DNA of 50,064 nt, taken from contig JAHDFH010000001.1 of the NCBI GenBank assembly GCA_020628305.1, positions 1 to 50,064 of the forward strand. The letters are read 5' to 3'. The stretch comes from Acidimicrobiales bacterium. GTDB taxonomy: Bacteria > Actinomycetota > Acidimicrobiia > Acidimicrobiales > SZUA-35. Below the pieces are notes generated by a model. That model was not told the DNA's origin. It ran no database searches and saw nothing but the letters and a program-made list of their open reading frames with translations. Shown here one piece after another: positions 9,279 to 19,090 of the stretch (position 1 is its first letter; each line of letters opens with the position of its first letter). The position numbers and the translations under genes are program-made.

Positions 9279-10004
9279 CTAGTTTGTAAGGCGCACAGAA
9301 GCTTCAGTTAGGCGAACCACTCTGTTGCTGTTGGTTAGGTCTACTGATGATTTGTTGCCTCTTGGCCGAGGTGGTTGCACATAATCCGGATTCCTCCAGT
9401 GAATGATTGTGCAGCAACTGTCAGTTTCTGGATCTTCGAAGAAGTCTTTCCGCACGGATTCAACACCAAAGCCATTCGCTAACTGAGCAGAAAGCGTTGG
9501 GTCTTGCAATTCGCCGGCAACCACTTTTCGCACGTACTCGGTTGGTCCAAACTCTTTCAGGAACTTTGAGTATCCAGGAATCACTCCAGCTGCGACAATA
9601 CCTTTCTTGGCCCTTGAGACAACAAGCGCTTTACGAAGGTCATATAGCGAGCGTCCAATGCCCAGTCCTCGGCATTTTTCATCAACAACAATATCCACGG
9701 CGTAGTAGTAGTCGCCCTCGTCGCGATGATTAGTTCGTCCATTGGTGCGGGTGAGGCTATCTTCACGACGCGGAAGCTCATCAAGATCAATGTCGACAAA
9801 AATACCAGTTGCCACGCCGACAACTTTGTCTCCATCGAGGGCGATAAACGTACCTTCAGGAAATATTTCCAACATCTCGTAGAAGTCTGGCTCTGTAAAG
9901 TTATCTTCATCTGGCATGTCCGGAAACGCTCCACGGATCATGTCAGCAGCAGGTTGGATGTATTTTTCTTCGAGAGTTACGAATCGGACTGCAGATTCGG
10001 CCAT
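9279..10004 (-). CDS. GNAT family N-acetyltransferase
   Basis: CRGLGIGRSLYDLRK acetyl-CoA motif; DPTLSAQLANGF. Confidence 0.88.
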   Translation of the reverse strand: MAESAVRFVTLEEKYIQPAADMIRGAFPDMPDEDNFTEPDFYEMLEIFPEGTFIALDGDKVVGVATGIFVDIDLDELPRREDSLTRTNGRTNHRDEGDYYYAVDIVVDEKCRGLGIGRSLYDLRKALVVSRAKKGIVAAGVIPGYSKFLKEFGPTEYVRKVVAGELQDPTLSAQLANGFGVESVRKDFFEDPETDSCCTIIHWRNPDYVQPPRPRGNKSSVDLTNSNRVVRLTEASVRLTN

Positions 10005-10178
10005 AGCGTGTGCCTTTCGCTGTGTTAAGCCTAGATTACAACATGCACTCTCATCAGTTAGATCGCCCCGTGGCTCTATTCGTGGGCTGCCATTTATTGC
10101 CAGAGCTCATCCCTGATCTTCTCGAGAGATTGTTGATTTGTTTGATGCCTGACCGATTGGGTTGAGAAGGAGAACCAG

Positions 10179-11048
10179 ATGATTTTTGTCGGCTACAGCC
10201 TCTTGCTAGTCTTTGTGGCCCTAACCGTTGTTAGTGAGTTGTCGAGGCGAAAAATTGCAGTTGACTCGTTCAACAAGGTTTCTGCTCTCAATGCCGTGAC
10301 TTACTTGGTTCAGATTCCAATTGGTTTATCAATTTTGCCTTTTATCGAAGGGGAGTCCCAGGTCTCTTGGCTTATTGTTGCGATCGTCACTCTTATTGGA
10401 ATAGCGCCACCCTTGCGAGAGTACTTCATGTTTAAGGCCAATAGAGATGTGGATGCAGGAACGTTAGCGATTCTTCTAAATCTTTCGGTGGTTGTAGTAG
10501 TCGTTCTAGCTGCAGTTTTATTGGACGACTACCTGAACGCTTTGGAGCTAGCTGCTGCGCTATTGATAACCGCTTCAGCCATGTATGTCGCAAGTCTTAG
10601 TTCTGGTGGGTTGAATGTCACCTCAAGCCTGCTGTGGGCACTTATCTTGCTGACTGCTTTAGGAGCTCTTGCGAATCTAGGGGAGGCATGGTTTTTCTCG
10701 AAGTTCTCTTTAGCCGTGTACTTACTTGTGGGTCTGATAGCGCAAACCTTCTGGGCATTCGTGATTGCGGTTCTGGCGGGATCAGATTTTCAAGGATTGC
10801 TGGACAAAGACGGTAGACGCTCAATCATTGCCTATGTTGCCAGTCGGGCAACCAAGGGTGTGATTTTTCTGTCCGCTCTGGCGATCTTAGAGAGTATCGC
10901 AACTGTTCGTTCCATTATTGCTGTCGCCCCAGTGGCCATAACTGTAGCTAGCTACTACCTCCTCGATGAGAAAGACGATTTCGCCCGGAAGACGCTTGCC
11001 GCCTTGGTTGCTTGCTTGGGGTTGGTTATGTTCGCTACCCAAGCGTGA
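10179..11048 (+). CDS. EamA/DMT family transporter
   Basis: 289 aa, ~10 TM in two repeats, ...LLDEK...RK C-terminal pattern; GGAG RBS. Confidence 0.8.
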   Translation: MIFVGYSLLLVFVALTVVSELSRRKIAVDSFNKVSALNAVTYLVQIPIGLSILPFIEGESQVSWLIVAIVTLIGIAPPLREYFMFKANRDVDAGTLAILLNLSVVVVVVLAAVLLDDYLNALELAAALLITASAMYVASLSSGGLNVTSSLLWALILLTALGALANLGEAWFFSKFSLAVYLLVGLIAQTFWAFVIAVLAGSDFQGLLDKDGRRSIIAYVASRATKGVIFLSALAILESIATVRSIIAVAPVAITVASYYLLDEKDDFARKTLAALVACLGLVMFATQA

Positions 11049-11071
11049 AAACCCAAATCTGAAAGCGTAGG

Positions 11072-13780
11072 CTAGTCCTTCTTCCCAAGAGCCAATAGCC
11101 CTGGGAGAACGGTGAACGCAGAAAGTAGTGCTAGTGCAATCATCAACGCTGTTAGGAACCCATAGGTTGAGAACAGCGGCATCGGAGCTAGAGCAAGTAT
11201 GCCGAAACCAACAATCGACGATGCAGCTGATGCTGCGAGTGCAACACCTGTACTTGCAGATGTGGCTTCTAGCGCTTCTTTAACTCCAAGCCCGTTGTCT
11301 CGTTCTTCAACGAATCTCGCAACATAGTGGATGGCAAAGTCGATACCAATACCAACCGATACAGCAGCAATAGTTGCTGTAACCAGGTTGATAGAGAAGT
11401 CGAGCAGGTACATAATGCCGTAGAGCCATGAAACAACCATGACGATTGGTGTCACGCTAATCAGGCCAAGCCTGATCGACCTGAGCACAAAAGAAGCAAT
11501 CAAGAAACAAACAATAATCGCAACCGGCAATGAAAGAAGCAGAGCATTGCTCGTAGCTTCAAGCGACGCAGACCTTTCGAATGGACCGCCTGTTGGTTGC
11601 ACATCGATATCAGTCGTTGATGCTTCAATTCGTTCAGCCAAAGCTTCTAGCTGATCTTGGGCTTCGTCAATAGAAGACTGCTCACGTGAGTTGATCAGGA
11701 ACATAGTGAAGATTGTTGCGTCTCCATCTTCTGCGAGATCAACCTGAGTGGCAATGTCGTTAGGAGTTAAAGCAAGATTCGTCTCAGAGAACGGAATCCC
11801 TCTGGTCTCTCCAAACTCAATAATGGTTTGTATCTGTTTGCTCGAGTCTGGAATTCCCGACCCTGAAGCGTCGACAATATCAACACCGGTAGTTGCTTGA
11901 ATAGCGCCGGCTGCTGCATCAGAGGAAAGAGCTTCTTCAAGTACTTGTAAGATTCCACCTTCGATTCGAAGCTCATCTCCGCTTTTAGCGAAATGTTCAG
12001 AGTCGGTGGCAGCGAACTCATCAAGCTCTGCCTTGATTGCTTCAAGGTTTTCTACCGAAGTGAGGTCACCTTCAATTAGAAGAACAGCTTGCTCGCCACC
12101 TCGATCTCCAACATGCTCATCGATCTGATTCAAGCTGATAACGAAGTCTGTGTCGGTTGAGAAAAAGTCTTCTACGTCAAACTTAACTGGAACTTGTATA
12201 GCTAGTAGGCCGAGTCCCACCGTAGCTACCACTGCACCGAGGGTAGTAATGACAGGCCTTCCAGCAATTACACCTGTAAGGCGTTTGAAGAAACGTCCCG
12301 CTGCTTCAAACGGTTCGTGAACGTTAGGGGCCTCTTCAGCTGGCTTTCTCGAAGCGATAAAGAATGGGAGAGCAACAGTAAGTAGGGCAGTGATGGCCAG
12401 CAGCACGATGCCGATTGTTGGTTCAATAAACACGAGGAATAGTACTGTTGCCATTGACATCATGCCCGCAAGTACTGCTCCAACGACAATACAGATCTTG
12501 CGTCTAGTTGAGCTGGCCGCTCTAGATGTGCGCTGCTCTAACTTAGCGATAACAACAGGGGCGACATAGCCAAGTAACAAGAAGGCGCTTGCAAGAGCAA
12601 TTGCAGCACCGATACCAAACTGGTTGATAGATTCGATCCCTGAAGTCAGGTTCGATAGGAAAGCTGTTGCGTCTGAAGCCAATGCCAAGGTTAGGGCACC
12701 GCTGACAGCCACTAGGCCAGTTGTAATTGCAGCGATGTTTGGCTTGCCTGCTTTAGCTGTTTCTCGATAGCGGCCGAAGGCATGGAAGATAAAGTCCACA
12801 CCAAACGAGACCATGGCGATGGGAACGATCAACGAGAGTACAAGATCGTCCTTAAACCCGATCAAGTTGGAGATGCCTTTTAGCCAAACAAGAAGAATCG
12901 AGAAGGCAACACCAGTGACAGCAACTGCCCAGTAGCTTCGGAATGTATATCCGACAATTAAGACCACGGCCAAGATAGTGAAGCCGATGAATGGTCCAGC
13001 AAGTTCACCTTGTTCTTGTGAGGTGAGGTTTACATCGATTGCTGTTCCGTAGATTGCAAGATCGTTGTCAGCCCGCATTATGTCTTGGATCTCTCTAGAG
13101 AACTCTTCAGGTTCGGTATCTGCGCCTAGTGTAACCGACTGTTTGAAGCCAAGCTCTTCGTTATCGAACAGTGTGAATGCAGTGATGGCTGGAACGACCC
13201 ACCTACCATCTTCATTAACTGTTTGAATAGAAAGGCCTAAATCTTGTGACTCCACACCGTATGTTTCGATCAGCGTCCCTAGTGCTGATTGAATGTCAGC
13301 GTCTGCCCACTGTTGTCTATCAATCTTGCCTTGATTTGTAAGCTCGATCTCTATAACCGTTGCTAGAGAGAAGACTCCGTTGATTTCTTGCCCAAAAGTT
13401 GTAGAGAAGTAGCTGAAGAGCTTGTCGCCATGATCTTCAGAAGTTTGCAACCTTTCTTGAGCGTCAAGTAGTGCATTGATTTCGTCTGCGTTTGCTATGT
13501 TTCCATCAGCTGATTCGATGGTGTAGAAGTTCTCAAAAATTGACGATACGAATCTGTCTGAAACAACATCTCTTGCTTCAATAACAGGGCCGTCAGGCTC
13601 AGCGGAAGCAGACTCTGTTGGCTGCATCGTGAGGAACGGGACAGTCAGGCCAGCTGTGATTGCAATCACTACTGCTAGAGCTAGAGCTGTTTTGTTAGTT
13701 ATGAAATTGACAAGTTTCTCTGTGGGTGAGCTTGCTTTGTCTTTTGCTTCAGTTCTTGATGTCATCTGCCGATTCTCCAT
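11072..13780 (-). CDS. MMPL/RND family transporter
   Basis: Two TM blocks with SFGVDFIFH and GIGIDFAIH motifs; start placed at ATG 13780, just downstream of the operator. Confidence 0.9.
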   Translation of the reverse strand: MENRQMTSRTEAKDKASSPTEKLVNFITNKTALALAVVIAITAGLTVPFLTMQPTESASAEPDGPVIEARDVVSDRFVSSIFENFYTIESADGNIANADEINALLDAQERLQTSEDHGDKLFSYFSTTFGQEINGVFSLATVIEIELTNQGKIDRQQWADADIQSALGTLIETYGVESQDLGLSIQTVNEDGRWVVPAITAFTLFDNEELGFKQSVTLGADTEPEEFSREIQDIMRADNDLAIYGTAIDVNLTSQEQGELAGPFIGFTILAVVLIVGYTFRSYWAVAVTGVAFSILLVWLKGISNLIGFKDDLVLSLIVPIAMVSFGVDFIFHAFGRYRETAKAGKPNIAAITTGLVAVSGALTLALASDATAFLSNLTSGIESINQFGIGAAIALASAFLLLGYVAPVVIAKLEQRTSRAASSTRRKICIVVGAVLAGMMSMATVLFLVFIEPTIGIVLLAITALLTVALPFFIASRKPAEEAPNVHEPFEAAGRFFKRLTGVIAGRPVITTLGAVVATVGLGLLAIQVPVKFDVEDFFSTDTDFVISLNQIDEHVGDRGGEQAVLLIEGDLTSVENLEAIKAELDEFAATDSEHFAKSGDELRIEGGILQVLEEALSSDAAAGAIQATTGVDIVDASGSGIPDSSKQIQTIIEFGETRGIPFSETNLALTPNDIATQVDLAEDGDATIFTMFLINSREQSSIDEAQDQLEALAERIEASTTDIDVQPTGGPFERSASLEATSNALLLSLPVAIIVCFLIASFVLRSIRLGLISVTPIVMVVSWLYGIMYLLDFSINLVTATIAAVSVGIGIDFAIHYVARFVEERDNGLGVKEALEATSASTGVALAASAASSIVGFGILALAPMPLFSTYGFLTALMIALALLSAFTVLPGLLALGKKD

Positions 13781-13783
13781 TAA

Positions 13784-13798
13784 CTTGACACTGTCAAG
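13784..13798. promoter_or_regulatory. probable TetR operator 1
   Basis: Perfect palindrome CTTGACA-C-TGTCAAG. Confidence 0.75.
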
Positions 13799-13816
13799 AA
13801 ACTGTATCGGCACAAC

Positions 13817-13829
13817 TTGACATTGTCAA
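13817..13829. promoter_or_regulatory. probable TetR operator 2
   Basis: TTGACA-T-TGTCAA, 32 bp from operator 1; AACTTGACAYTGTCAA shared. Confidence 0.75.
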
Positions 13830-13854
13830 CATGGATTCTGGTAAAATGATTCAT

Positions 13855-14439
13855 ATGGCTAAAACCTCCTATCACCACGGCAACCTTAAGGAAGATTTGG
13901 TGGCTTCCGCAGCCCAGGTTTTAGCAGAAGAAGGCCTCTCGGGCTTCTCTTTAAGGGAAGTGGCTAGACGGACAGGTGTTTCACACGCAGCGCCAGGCCA
14001 CCATTTCGGATCGGCCGAGGTACTGCTTAGCCATGTGGCGGCTCAAGGATTCAACGTGCTGGCAGATAACGTCGCCGAAGCCGCTGAGGGTGTAGAAGAT
14101 CCAGGCGAAAAGATGATCGCTGCCGGAAAGGCTTACATTAGAACAGCGCTCGATAACCCAGGCCATTTCTCGGTGATGATGGGTTCAGTTGATGGAATTG
14201 CTGAGACTCAAGAATGTGAAGAGGCTGGTCAGCGAGCGTTTGAGCAGATTGTAGAGCTTTCGGCCGAGCTGATTCAAGCTCGAGGGTCAGACATGAATCC
14301 ACTCGACCTTGCTTTTCTTTGCTGGTCGACCGTACATGGTTATGCCATGCTGCAAGACAAAGTCGAGAAAATTGCAGACATTAGAGAAGTCGTTCATAGT
14401 CTTGACGATTCTCTGCGGATCATCGTCGAAAGAATCTAA
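13855..14439 (+). CDS. TetR/AcrR family regulator (WHG-type C-terminus)
   Basis: YHHGNLK...SLREVARRTGVSHAAP HTH; WSTVHG. TGnTAAAAT -10 at 13839-13847 suggests a leaderless start at 13855. Confidence 0.92.
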   Translation: MAKTSYHHGNLKEDLVASAAQVLAEEGLSGFSLREVARRTGVSHAAPGHHFGSAEVLLSHVAAQGFNVLADNVAEAAEGVEDPGEKMIAAGKAYIRTALDNPGHFSVMMGSVDGIAETQECEEAGQRAFEQIVELSAELIQARGSDMNPLDLAFLCWSTVHGYAMLQDKVEKIADIREVVHSLDDSLRIIVERI

Positions 14440-15776
14440 TGCCGGACAACATTTGGTCGCCGATCGGCATGGGTGTGTGTGGTGTGTCGATCGACTGTTT
14501 TCTTTGTGAGGGCAGCTACGTGTTCTACTGCTACACCTGTGCGGGTGCCGCCCTCCACAACGTGGATGTGGGTACTTGATCCTGCCAAAAGTAGTTGCAG
14601 GGCCTTGGTTCCGTTCCGTAAGCTGTTGGGATTCTTGTCATCGGCCTTACCGCTTACCAGAACAGAATCAATTTCTGCCGAGCTGGACCGTTCAATAAAC
14701 TGCCCTACTGTCTCTAGATCTTCCTGGGTTACCAGGCCAAAAGGGCTTGGCTCTGTACCGTTTAATTGTGCTGCAGCTACTCTTACAGTTTTGCCAGAGC
14801 CAGCGGTTATAAGAACTAAGTCGGCACCACTGTTTTCAATGAAGTGGCGTGCCGCGTCAAACTCTGTCGCAGCTAGGCGAGGGTCTCTATCGAAGGTATA
14901 GTGCCCAACGGGGTATGATTCTCTTGCGGCAAGGTCTCCATCAGTGGTGCCAATTGCTATTTCGACGGAACGTCCACCCACATCCACAACTGCCACTCTT
15001 ACATTCGCTGTTTTGGCGCCTTCTAAGTGTTGTTTGTAACTGGTGATCGCTCCAGAAAATGAGTACTCAGCTTCTTCAATTGGGGAAAGTATTCGAAGTT
15101 TAAATACAGGGAAAGATTGATCAAATCTGCTTTTCCCCTCGGCGCCGTTCTCTAGTCGAAAGGGAGAGGTTCCAAAAGCGAAGACCTGCCGGGTACCGTG
15201 TTTTATCTCTGCTTTTAAAACCGTTCTTCGTATCCAATCCATCGAGAGGCGCATGCGTTGGAGATTCAGGCCTTTGTCAGCAAGCTGGGGTAGTGGTTTG
15301 CCAGTTCTTTTTCGATGGTCCTCAGCTTGACTGTACTTAACCACTGATGTGAAGCTTCCGTCAGTGTGTGGTTGAATGACCTCGGCTCGCGCCCCACTCG
15401 AGCCAATTTCGACAACTACGAAAGGGGCAAACTGTTTGGGCAGAGCAGGTGAAAAGAGTTTGGGTGCTACGAGGGCATCTGCTGCTTCTCTTGCTCGTCG
15501 GCGTTCGGTGGATTTGTCGTCTTGTCGGGTTTGTTCAATGCCGTCTAACTGCCGTTGGCGCTTTGTTCGAAGAAACCGGTCTACTTGTGGCTCGTTAGCT
15601 TCAGCAGTGCGGGCGATTGCATCGATCAACCGGAGTTTTTCATCACGTTGCTCTCGTATCTGTTGCAGTGGGTCAATTAGATCGCGTTTGGCTTTTCGGT
15701 GAGCAGCTTTGTATCGCGCATCAATTCCATCAGCTGTGAGGACAGTATCTAATAACCCGCCCGAGATTTCAGCCAT
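14436..15776 (-). CDS. divergent Ppx/GppA-like (ASKHA) phosphatase with N-terminal helical extension
   Basis: VVEIGSSGAR, GTSPFR, ILSPIEEAEYSFSG, VVDVGGRSVE. Confidence 0.75.
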   Translation of the reverse strand: MAEISGGLLDTVLTADGIDARYKAAHRKAKRDLIDPLQQIREQRDEKLRLIDAIARTAEANEPQVDRFLRTKRQRQLDGIEQTRQDDKSTERRRAREAADALVAPKLFSPALPKQFAPFVVVEIGSSGARAEVIQPHTDGSFTSVVKYSQAEDHRKRTGKPLPQLADKGLNLQRMRLSMDWIRRTVLKAEIKHGTRQVFAFGTSPFRLENGAEGKSRFDQSFPVFKLRILSPIEEAEYSFSGAITSYKQHLEGAKTANVRVAVVDVGGRSVEIAIGTTDGDLAARESYPVGHYTFDRDPRLAATEFDAARHFIENSGADLVLITAGSGKTVRVAAAQLNGTEPSPFGLVTQEDLETVGQFIERSSSAEIDSVLVSGKADDKNPNSLRNGTKALQLLLAGSSTHIHVVEGGTRTGVAVEHVAALTKKTVDRHTTHTHADRRPNVVRH

Positions 15777-15857
15777 TGTCTACCCCCAAGATGGCCCCAC
15801 CTGATTGTACAGGTCTAGTGCGAAGTTAAACCGAAGAGATTGTTACTCCTCAACTGC

Positions 15858-16288
15858 TTATCGGCCCAATGGACTCCACCGCCGAGGCCGGTTCATCCCC
15901 ACAGACGGCGGAATATCTATCTTGGCCGTCTCTTCGACGTTCAAACCCTTGAGTACTGCTTCATTACAGTCTTGAATGGCCTCTTTCTTTGCCTTGTCTC
16001 GCTCCGTCTCATTGTCGCTAAGCTGCTGAAGGAGCTGATCATCGGCGTTTTTTTCTGTTTCGCCTGTTGAAATGCACGCTGTAGGGCACTTCTTAAGTTG
16101 GCCTCTGGATCTACGGCTGAGTCAATCACGAATGTATCTGTATCTGAGGGTTGGAAACGTTTTGCATGGTCTTCGAACACAATTGCACGAGTAAGGCTGT
16201 CATAGTCTTGATCGATCTCTTGAAGGGCCTCACTCAGCCGTGCAAATGCTTCGGCTACTAGCTCTTGTTGAAGTTGGTCGTTTGACAT
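15858..16288 (-). pseudogene. helical hypothetical protein interrupted by a frameshift at an A7 run
   Basis: The ORF track stops at 15941. Adding one A at 16048-16054 gives ~143 aa continuing NADDQLLQQLSDNETERDKAKKEA...NRPRRWSPLGR* (TAA at 15858-15860). Confidence 0.6.
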
Positions 16289-16316
16289 AAACCCGCCTTT
16301 ATTGTTTGCATTCAGT

Positions 16317-16640
16317 TTACCGGTGTTGTGAAATTTGCCTATAAACCTCAGGAACCACAGCTTGCTGAGGAGGGGGTGGAGTAGACAGACCTTGCAGTTG
16401 TTGTGTCAGCTCTAGATCAACCTCAGCCAAAGCAGCGTTCTTCAAGGCTTCGATAGCTTGCAGTTGGTGTAGCCTCAGCCGGTCGTTGGCAGATTTTGCA
16501 CCCAAGTCTTCCAGAGCTGAGTTCAGGTTGCGATGTCTTTCCAGCTCTTTTTGAATTGCACGCTCTGCCTTAACGATGATCTCTGCCTTGTGAGCCTCTG
16601 CTTCGATCTTAAGTTCTGCGGCTGTGGATTGAGATTTCAC
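16317..16640 (-). CDS. small coiled-coil hypothetical protein
   Basis: 107 aa, E/K/A/L/Q-rich; AAGGCGG leader. Confidence 0.6.
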   Translation of the reverse strand: MKSQSTAAELKIEAEAHKAEIIVKAERAIQKELERHRNLNSALEDLGAKSANDRLRLHQLQAIEALKNAALAEVDLELTQQLQGLSTPPPPQQAVVPEVYRQISQHR

Positions 16641-16852
16641 AGCGCCCGCCTTTCAATGAATCGCCAGTATAGCTGTATAACCAATGATGTCGGTATAGAG
16701 TTTCTGGTATGAGCATTATCGCAGTTGTATGGCACTGGTGGTTAAGTTTAGGCCTCGCAGTCAGCTCAATTTTTCTTATTGGGGCAGTCATTTTTGGTTA
16801 CCTCTACCAAGTGCAGCGTCACAAATACCCACGTAAGAAGCGGTAGCGGTAG

Positions 16853-18043
16853 ATGGCTGAGGCGAAATCAAAAGTTGATTGGCAGTTTGCGCGCAATGTT
16901 GCTGAGTTTGTCGTTAACGACACCCCACCACCTCACTATGATGCTCAACAGGTTGCCGCCGACTTTGCATCAATGACGCCCCAAGCCGAAGAGCTTGTTG
17001 CAGCCGAAACTGGGCTCGAAGTCGAGTCTCAAGCTAAAGCAAAGGTGATTGAACGAATCGACTGGGTGGATGCCAACTTAGCGAGCTTTGGTCGCTTAAT
17101 GAGGCCACTATTCGAGAAACTTGATGCTCACGCTTTAGACAAAGAAGCGGAAAAGCTAGCGAATAAATCCGAGCCAAAACAGTTCTCAGAGACCGAGTTT
17201 GGCAAAATGCTTGGCCCCTGGGCTGAAAAGATCGATCCGGCTGTTAAATCGGCAACAAACGTGGCAGCCTCACTAGGCGAAGATATTGCGAACAGTGTCG
17301 GCCCGAAGTTTGCCGGAGCTGAGCTTGGCGGTCTACTTGGTTTCATGGCCGGCCGAGTGTTGGGCCAGTATGACTTGCTCGTCGCAGAAGATGACTCACC
17401 AGAAGATCAAGACTGGGTGTACTACGTTGGACCAAACATTCACGCCCTGGAAAATCGTTTTGGTTTCCCACCTAAAGAGTTTCGTTTGTGGATAGCAATT
17501 CATGAATGTACTCACAGAGCTCAATTTATGGGTGTGCCTTGGCTTCGTCCGTACTTTCTCTCGATGGTCGATGACCTAATCAACTCTGTTGATCCAGATC
17601 CGAAACAGCTTCTTGAGTCACTTAAGGAAGCTAGACAGCAATCAAGCTCTGATGATGCAATCGACGGCGGATTAATGATGAAGCTCGCTTCACCAGAACA
17701 GCGCAAGGTCATGAACCGGCTTACCGGGCTAATGAGTCTGCTCGAAGGTCACGGTGACGTTGTTATGGACTCTGCTGGCAAAGGGCTCATTCCGTCTCAG
17801 CAGAGATTCTCAAACATAATGTCGCAGCGCAGAAAGAACGCTACCGGTATCAGCAGAGTGATTCAGAAATTGACAGGTATGGATGCAAAACTCGCCCAGT
17901 ATGAAGCTGGTGAAGCCTTTATAGCAGCAGTTGAAGCTAAGGGCGGACGAAAACTATTTGACATGGTTTGGACTTCGCCGGAGGCGTTGCCAACTTTGGA
18001 AGAGGTCAATAACCCTGAGCTTTGGATTAAGCGTGTCGGCTAG
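16853..18043 (+). CDS. zincin-like metallopeptidase (DUF2342 / F420 biosynthesis-associated family)
   Basis: RVLGQYD, WIAIHECTHRAQF, MSLLEGHGDVVMD, KLAQYEAGEAF. Confidence 0.9.
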   Translation: MAEAKSKVDWQFARNVAEFVVNDTPPPHYDAQQVAADFASMTPQAEELVAAETGLEVESQAKAKVIERIDWVDANLASFGRLMRPLFEKLDAHALDKEAEKLANKSEPKQFSETEFGKMLGPWAEKIDPAVKSATNVAASLGEDIANSVGPKFAGAELGGLLGFMAGRVLGQYDLLVAEDDSPEDQDWVYYVGPNIHALENRFGFPPKEFRLWIAIHECTHRAQFMGVPWLRPYFLSMVDDLINSVDPDPKQLLESLKEARQQSSSDDAIDGGLMMKLASPEQRKVMNRLTGLMSLLEGHGDVVMDSAGKGLIPSQQRFSNIMSQRRKNATGISRVIQKLTGMDAKLAQYEAGEAFIAAVEAKGGRKLFDMVWTSPEALPTLEEVNNPELWIKRVG

Positions 18044-19088
18044 AAGAATCTGTGGGCTTGTAATTCTGCTAACCCTCGTAGCAGGTCTCTTCTTTTGGCT
18101 GGGATCGGAGTCAGACGAAGAGGCAACCGCCCTTGTCGACGATAACGACGAACTTGTTGGTTATGAGTTCCCAGCTGATTCTGAAGATGAATGCTTCGAG
18201 GGCGAGTACTTCGATGAGGAAAGCAGCGTGTGTGTCTTTGAGTGTGAAACCGAACAAGAGTGTGCTGAGCTAGAACAGGAGCTCGAGGACGAACTTGACG
18301 GCCTCTATGAGGACAATGATTTTTACCATGATGATCATGATCACCAAAGCAATGATCCGTCCGAGGATACCGAAGCTGTGTACGAGGTATCCAAGGGGGA
18401 AGTTCTCACCCTTGCTTCAGGCGAAGAGCGTCCGGAACATAAAGCTCTTTGGAGACTTGTTTCAGCAATCTCTCCTGATGAGCTCACCGACAACTACATA
18501 GATACCTTTGAAGTATCAAACAATAATGAAACAGATGCTGCCGGTTATGTGGTTGACGTAAACGAAGATGGTGTGTTTGCAATCGGGTTCAACTTGCCTG
18601 ATTCTGACCCAGCAGATGGAGCAGAGACCATGCTTTTAATCGTGCACGAGCTTGCCCATATTCTCACGTTGAACAACGATCAGATTCCACCAGAGTCTTC
18701 ATGTAACTATGATCAGCCTGAGCCATGTTTGGAAGCATCAGGTGACTCGGACGGGCTTTATGAGAATTTCGTGGAGCGGTTTTGGTCAAAAGAAGACATC
18801 GAAACCAGTGCAGACGCGGTGAATGCCTCTGAAGATGGCAGCCCAGTTGAATCAAGCCTCTATGTTGAGAATCCAGAATCCTATGTCTCCGAGTACGCTT
18901 CTTCTCAGCCTGGGGAGGATATTGCTGAATCCTTCGCTCACTATGTTGTGACCAATTCATACGGTGGGAATTCGATCGCGGATCAGAAGCAAGGTTTCTT
19001 TGATGATTTCGAAATAGCTGAAGACTATAAGCAGCAAATGCGTCAAGGTTTGAAGTCTCAGCTCGCCCTGAAACGCAGAGCCAGTTAG
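18033..19088 (+). CDS. membrane-anchored putative zinc metallopeptidase
   Basis: N-terminal TM, acidic Cys-containing segment, HELAHILTL, YVSEYA...EDIAESF; GTG start overlaps the upstream gene. Confidence 0.8.
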   Translation: MSARRICGLVILLTLVAGLFFWLGSESDEEATALVDDNDELVGYEFPADSEDECFEGEYFDEESSVCVFECETEQECAELEQELEDELDGLYEDNDFYHDDHDHQSNDPSEDTEAVYEVSKGEVLTLASGEERPEHKALWRLVSAISPDELTDNYIDTFEVSNNNETDAAGYVVDVNEDGVFAIGFNLPDSDPADGAETMLLIVHELAHILTLNNDQIPPESSCNYDQPEPCLEASGDSDGLYENFVERFWSKEDIETSADAVNASEDGSPVESSLYVENPESYVSEYASSQPGEDIAESFAHYVVTNSYGGNSIADQKQGFFDDFEIAEDYKQQMRQGLKSQLALKRRAS

Positions 19089-19090
19089 CT

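Noticed and set aside
9150-9345. Similar V(L)DL(R/T) C-terminal motifs in the acyltransferase and GNAT
   Set aside because: Too short and only two cases; cannot be distinguished from chance
16041-16060. Programmed -1 ribosomal frameshift at the A7 run
   Set aside because: Zero-frame codons CAG AAA AAA ACG do not form an X_XXY_YYZ heptamer; slippage or error is more plausible
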